From Vitrella brassicaformis CCMP3155 (taxonomy: Eukaryota > Protista > Chromerida), in contig CDMY01000709.1 of the NCBI GenBank assembly GCA_001179505.1, positions 1 to 28,502 on the forward strand: DNA of 28,502 nt. The letters run 5' to 3'. Made by a program: the position numbers and the translations under genes. Positions 28,068 through 28,502 of the stretch are shown here, one piece after another. The notes beneath the pieces were generated by a model. That model saw only the letters and a list, made by a program, of their open reading frames with translations, was not told the origin of the DNA and did not search any database. Position 1 is the first letter of the stretch; each line of letters starts with the position of its first letter.

Positions 28068-28490
28068 GGTGGATCAGTCGTGTGTGATGGGGCGGGCGTG
28101 CACCCCCGCCCCATCACACACGCAGGAGGCTGGCCTGCTCTGTTGCCCTTCTGGCCTCTCTCTCTCCTGCTGTCTGGCTATTCTATGCATCTGGGTTTAC
28201 AGTGCATCAGTCGTGTGTGATGGGGCGGGCGTGCACTACTAGGCAGCTATGTTACTTCATCTTCAGCCAGTGTGTGAGCGCAGCACACACAGCATCTCAT
28301 CGACACAGCATCTTTACTTGCCTGCACGTTCTGCGCCTGAGGCTGGACTGCTTTGTTGCCCTTCTGGCCTCTCTTTCCTCTGCTGTCTGGCTGTTCTGTG
28401 CATTTGGGTTTGGGTGGATCGGTCGTGTGTGATGGGGCGGGCGTGCACTACTAGGCAGCTATGTCACTTCATCTTCAGCCAGTGTGTGAG
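28068..28490. repeat. Diverged ~213-bp tandem repeat running to the window edge
   Basis: 28126-28198 recurs at 28339-28411. ATC(A/G)GTCGTGTGTGATGGGGCGGGCGTGCAC occurs three times (28073, 28206, 28418), and the following TACTAGGCAGCTATG..CAGTGTGTGAG occurs twice. Confidence 0.9.
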
Positions 28491-28502
28491 GGGGACACAC
28501 AC

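Noticed and set aside
28068-28490. Thrice-repeated ~31-bp motif as a CRISPR-like array
   Set aside because: The intervening sequences are themselves repeated (tandem duplication), the context is eukaryotic and there are no cas genes.

Overview
Eukaryotic, intron-rich genomic DNA. Short GT/CA-rich spliceosomal introns, an ApiAP2-type domain and AAACCCT/GAACCCT telomere-type heptamers point to an alveolate, probably a chromerid such as Vitrella (inference). Three multi-exon host genes are recognisable: a Dispatched/Patched-family RND membrane protein (minus, ~6.1-10.4 kb), the spliceosomal DEAH helicase PRP22/DHX8 (plus, 11.4-16.9 kb) and a single-chain LeuC+LeuD-type aconitase-family dehydratase (minus, 17.5-20.7 kb). 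A frameshifted ApiAP2 fragment sits between the last two. The right quarter is a decayed, apparently near full-length APE-type non-LTR retrotransposon: L1-like ORF1, a long hydrophobic inter-ORF frame, a frameshifted APE-RT-CCHC ORF2, 3' hairpins and an (AACG)n tail. A 213-bp tandem repeat follows it. At the left, a ~340-bp hairpin-rich element with a canonical Helitron 3' end interrupts a short dispersed repeat whose uninterrupted copy lies at 10.5 kb in this window. Most of 1.1-5.5 kb could not be assigned, and there is a 300-N assembly gap. Exon structures were read by eye and no database search was run.
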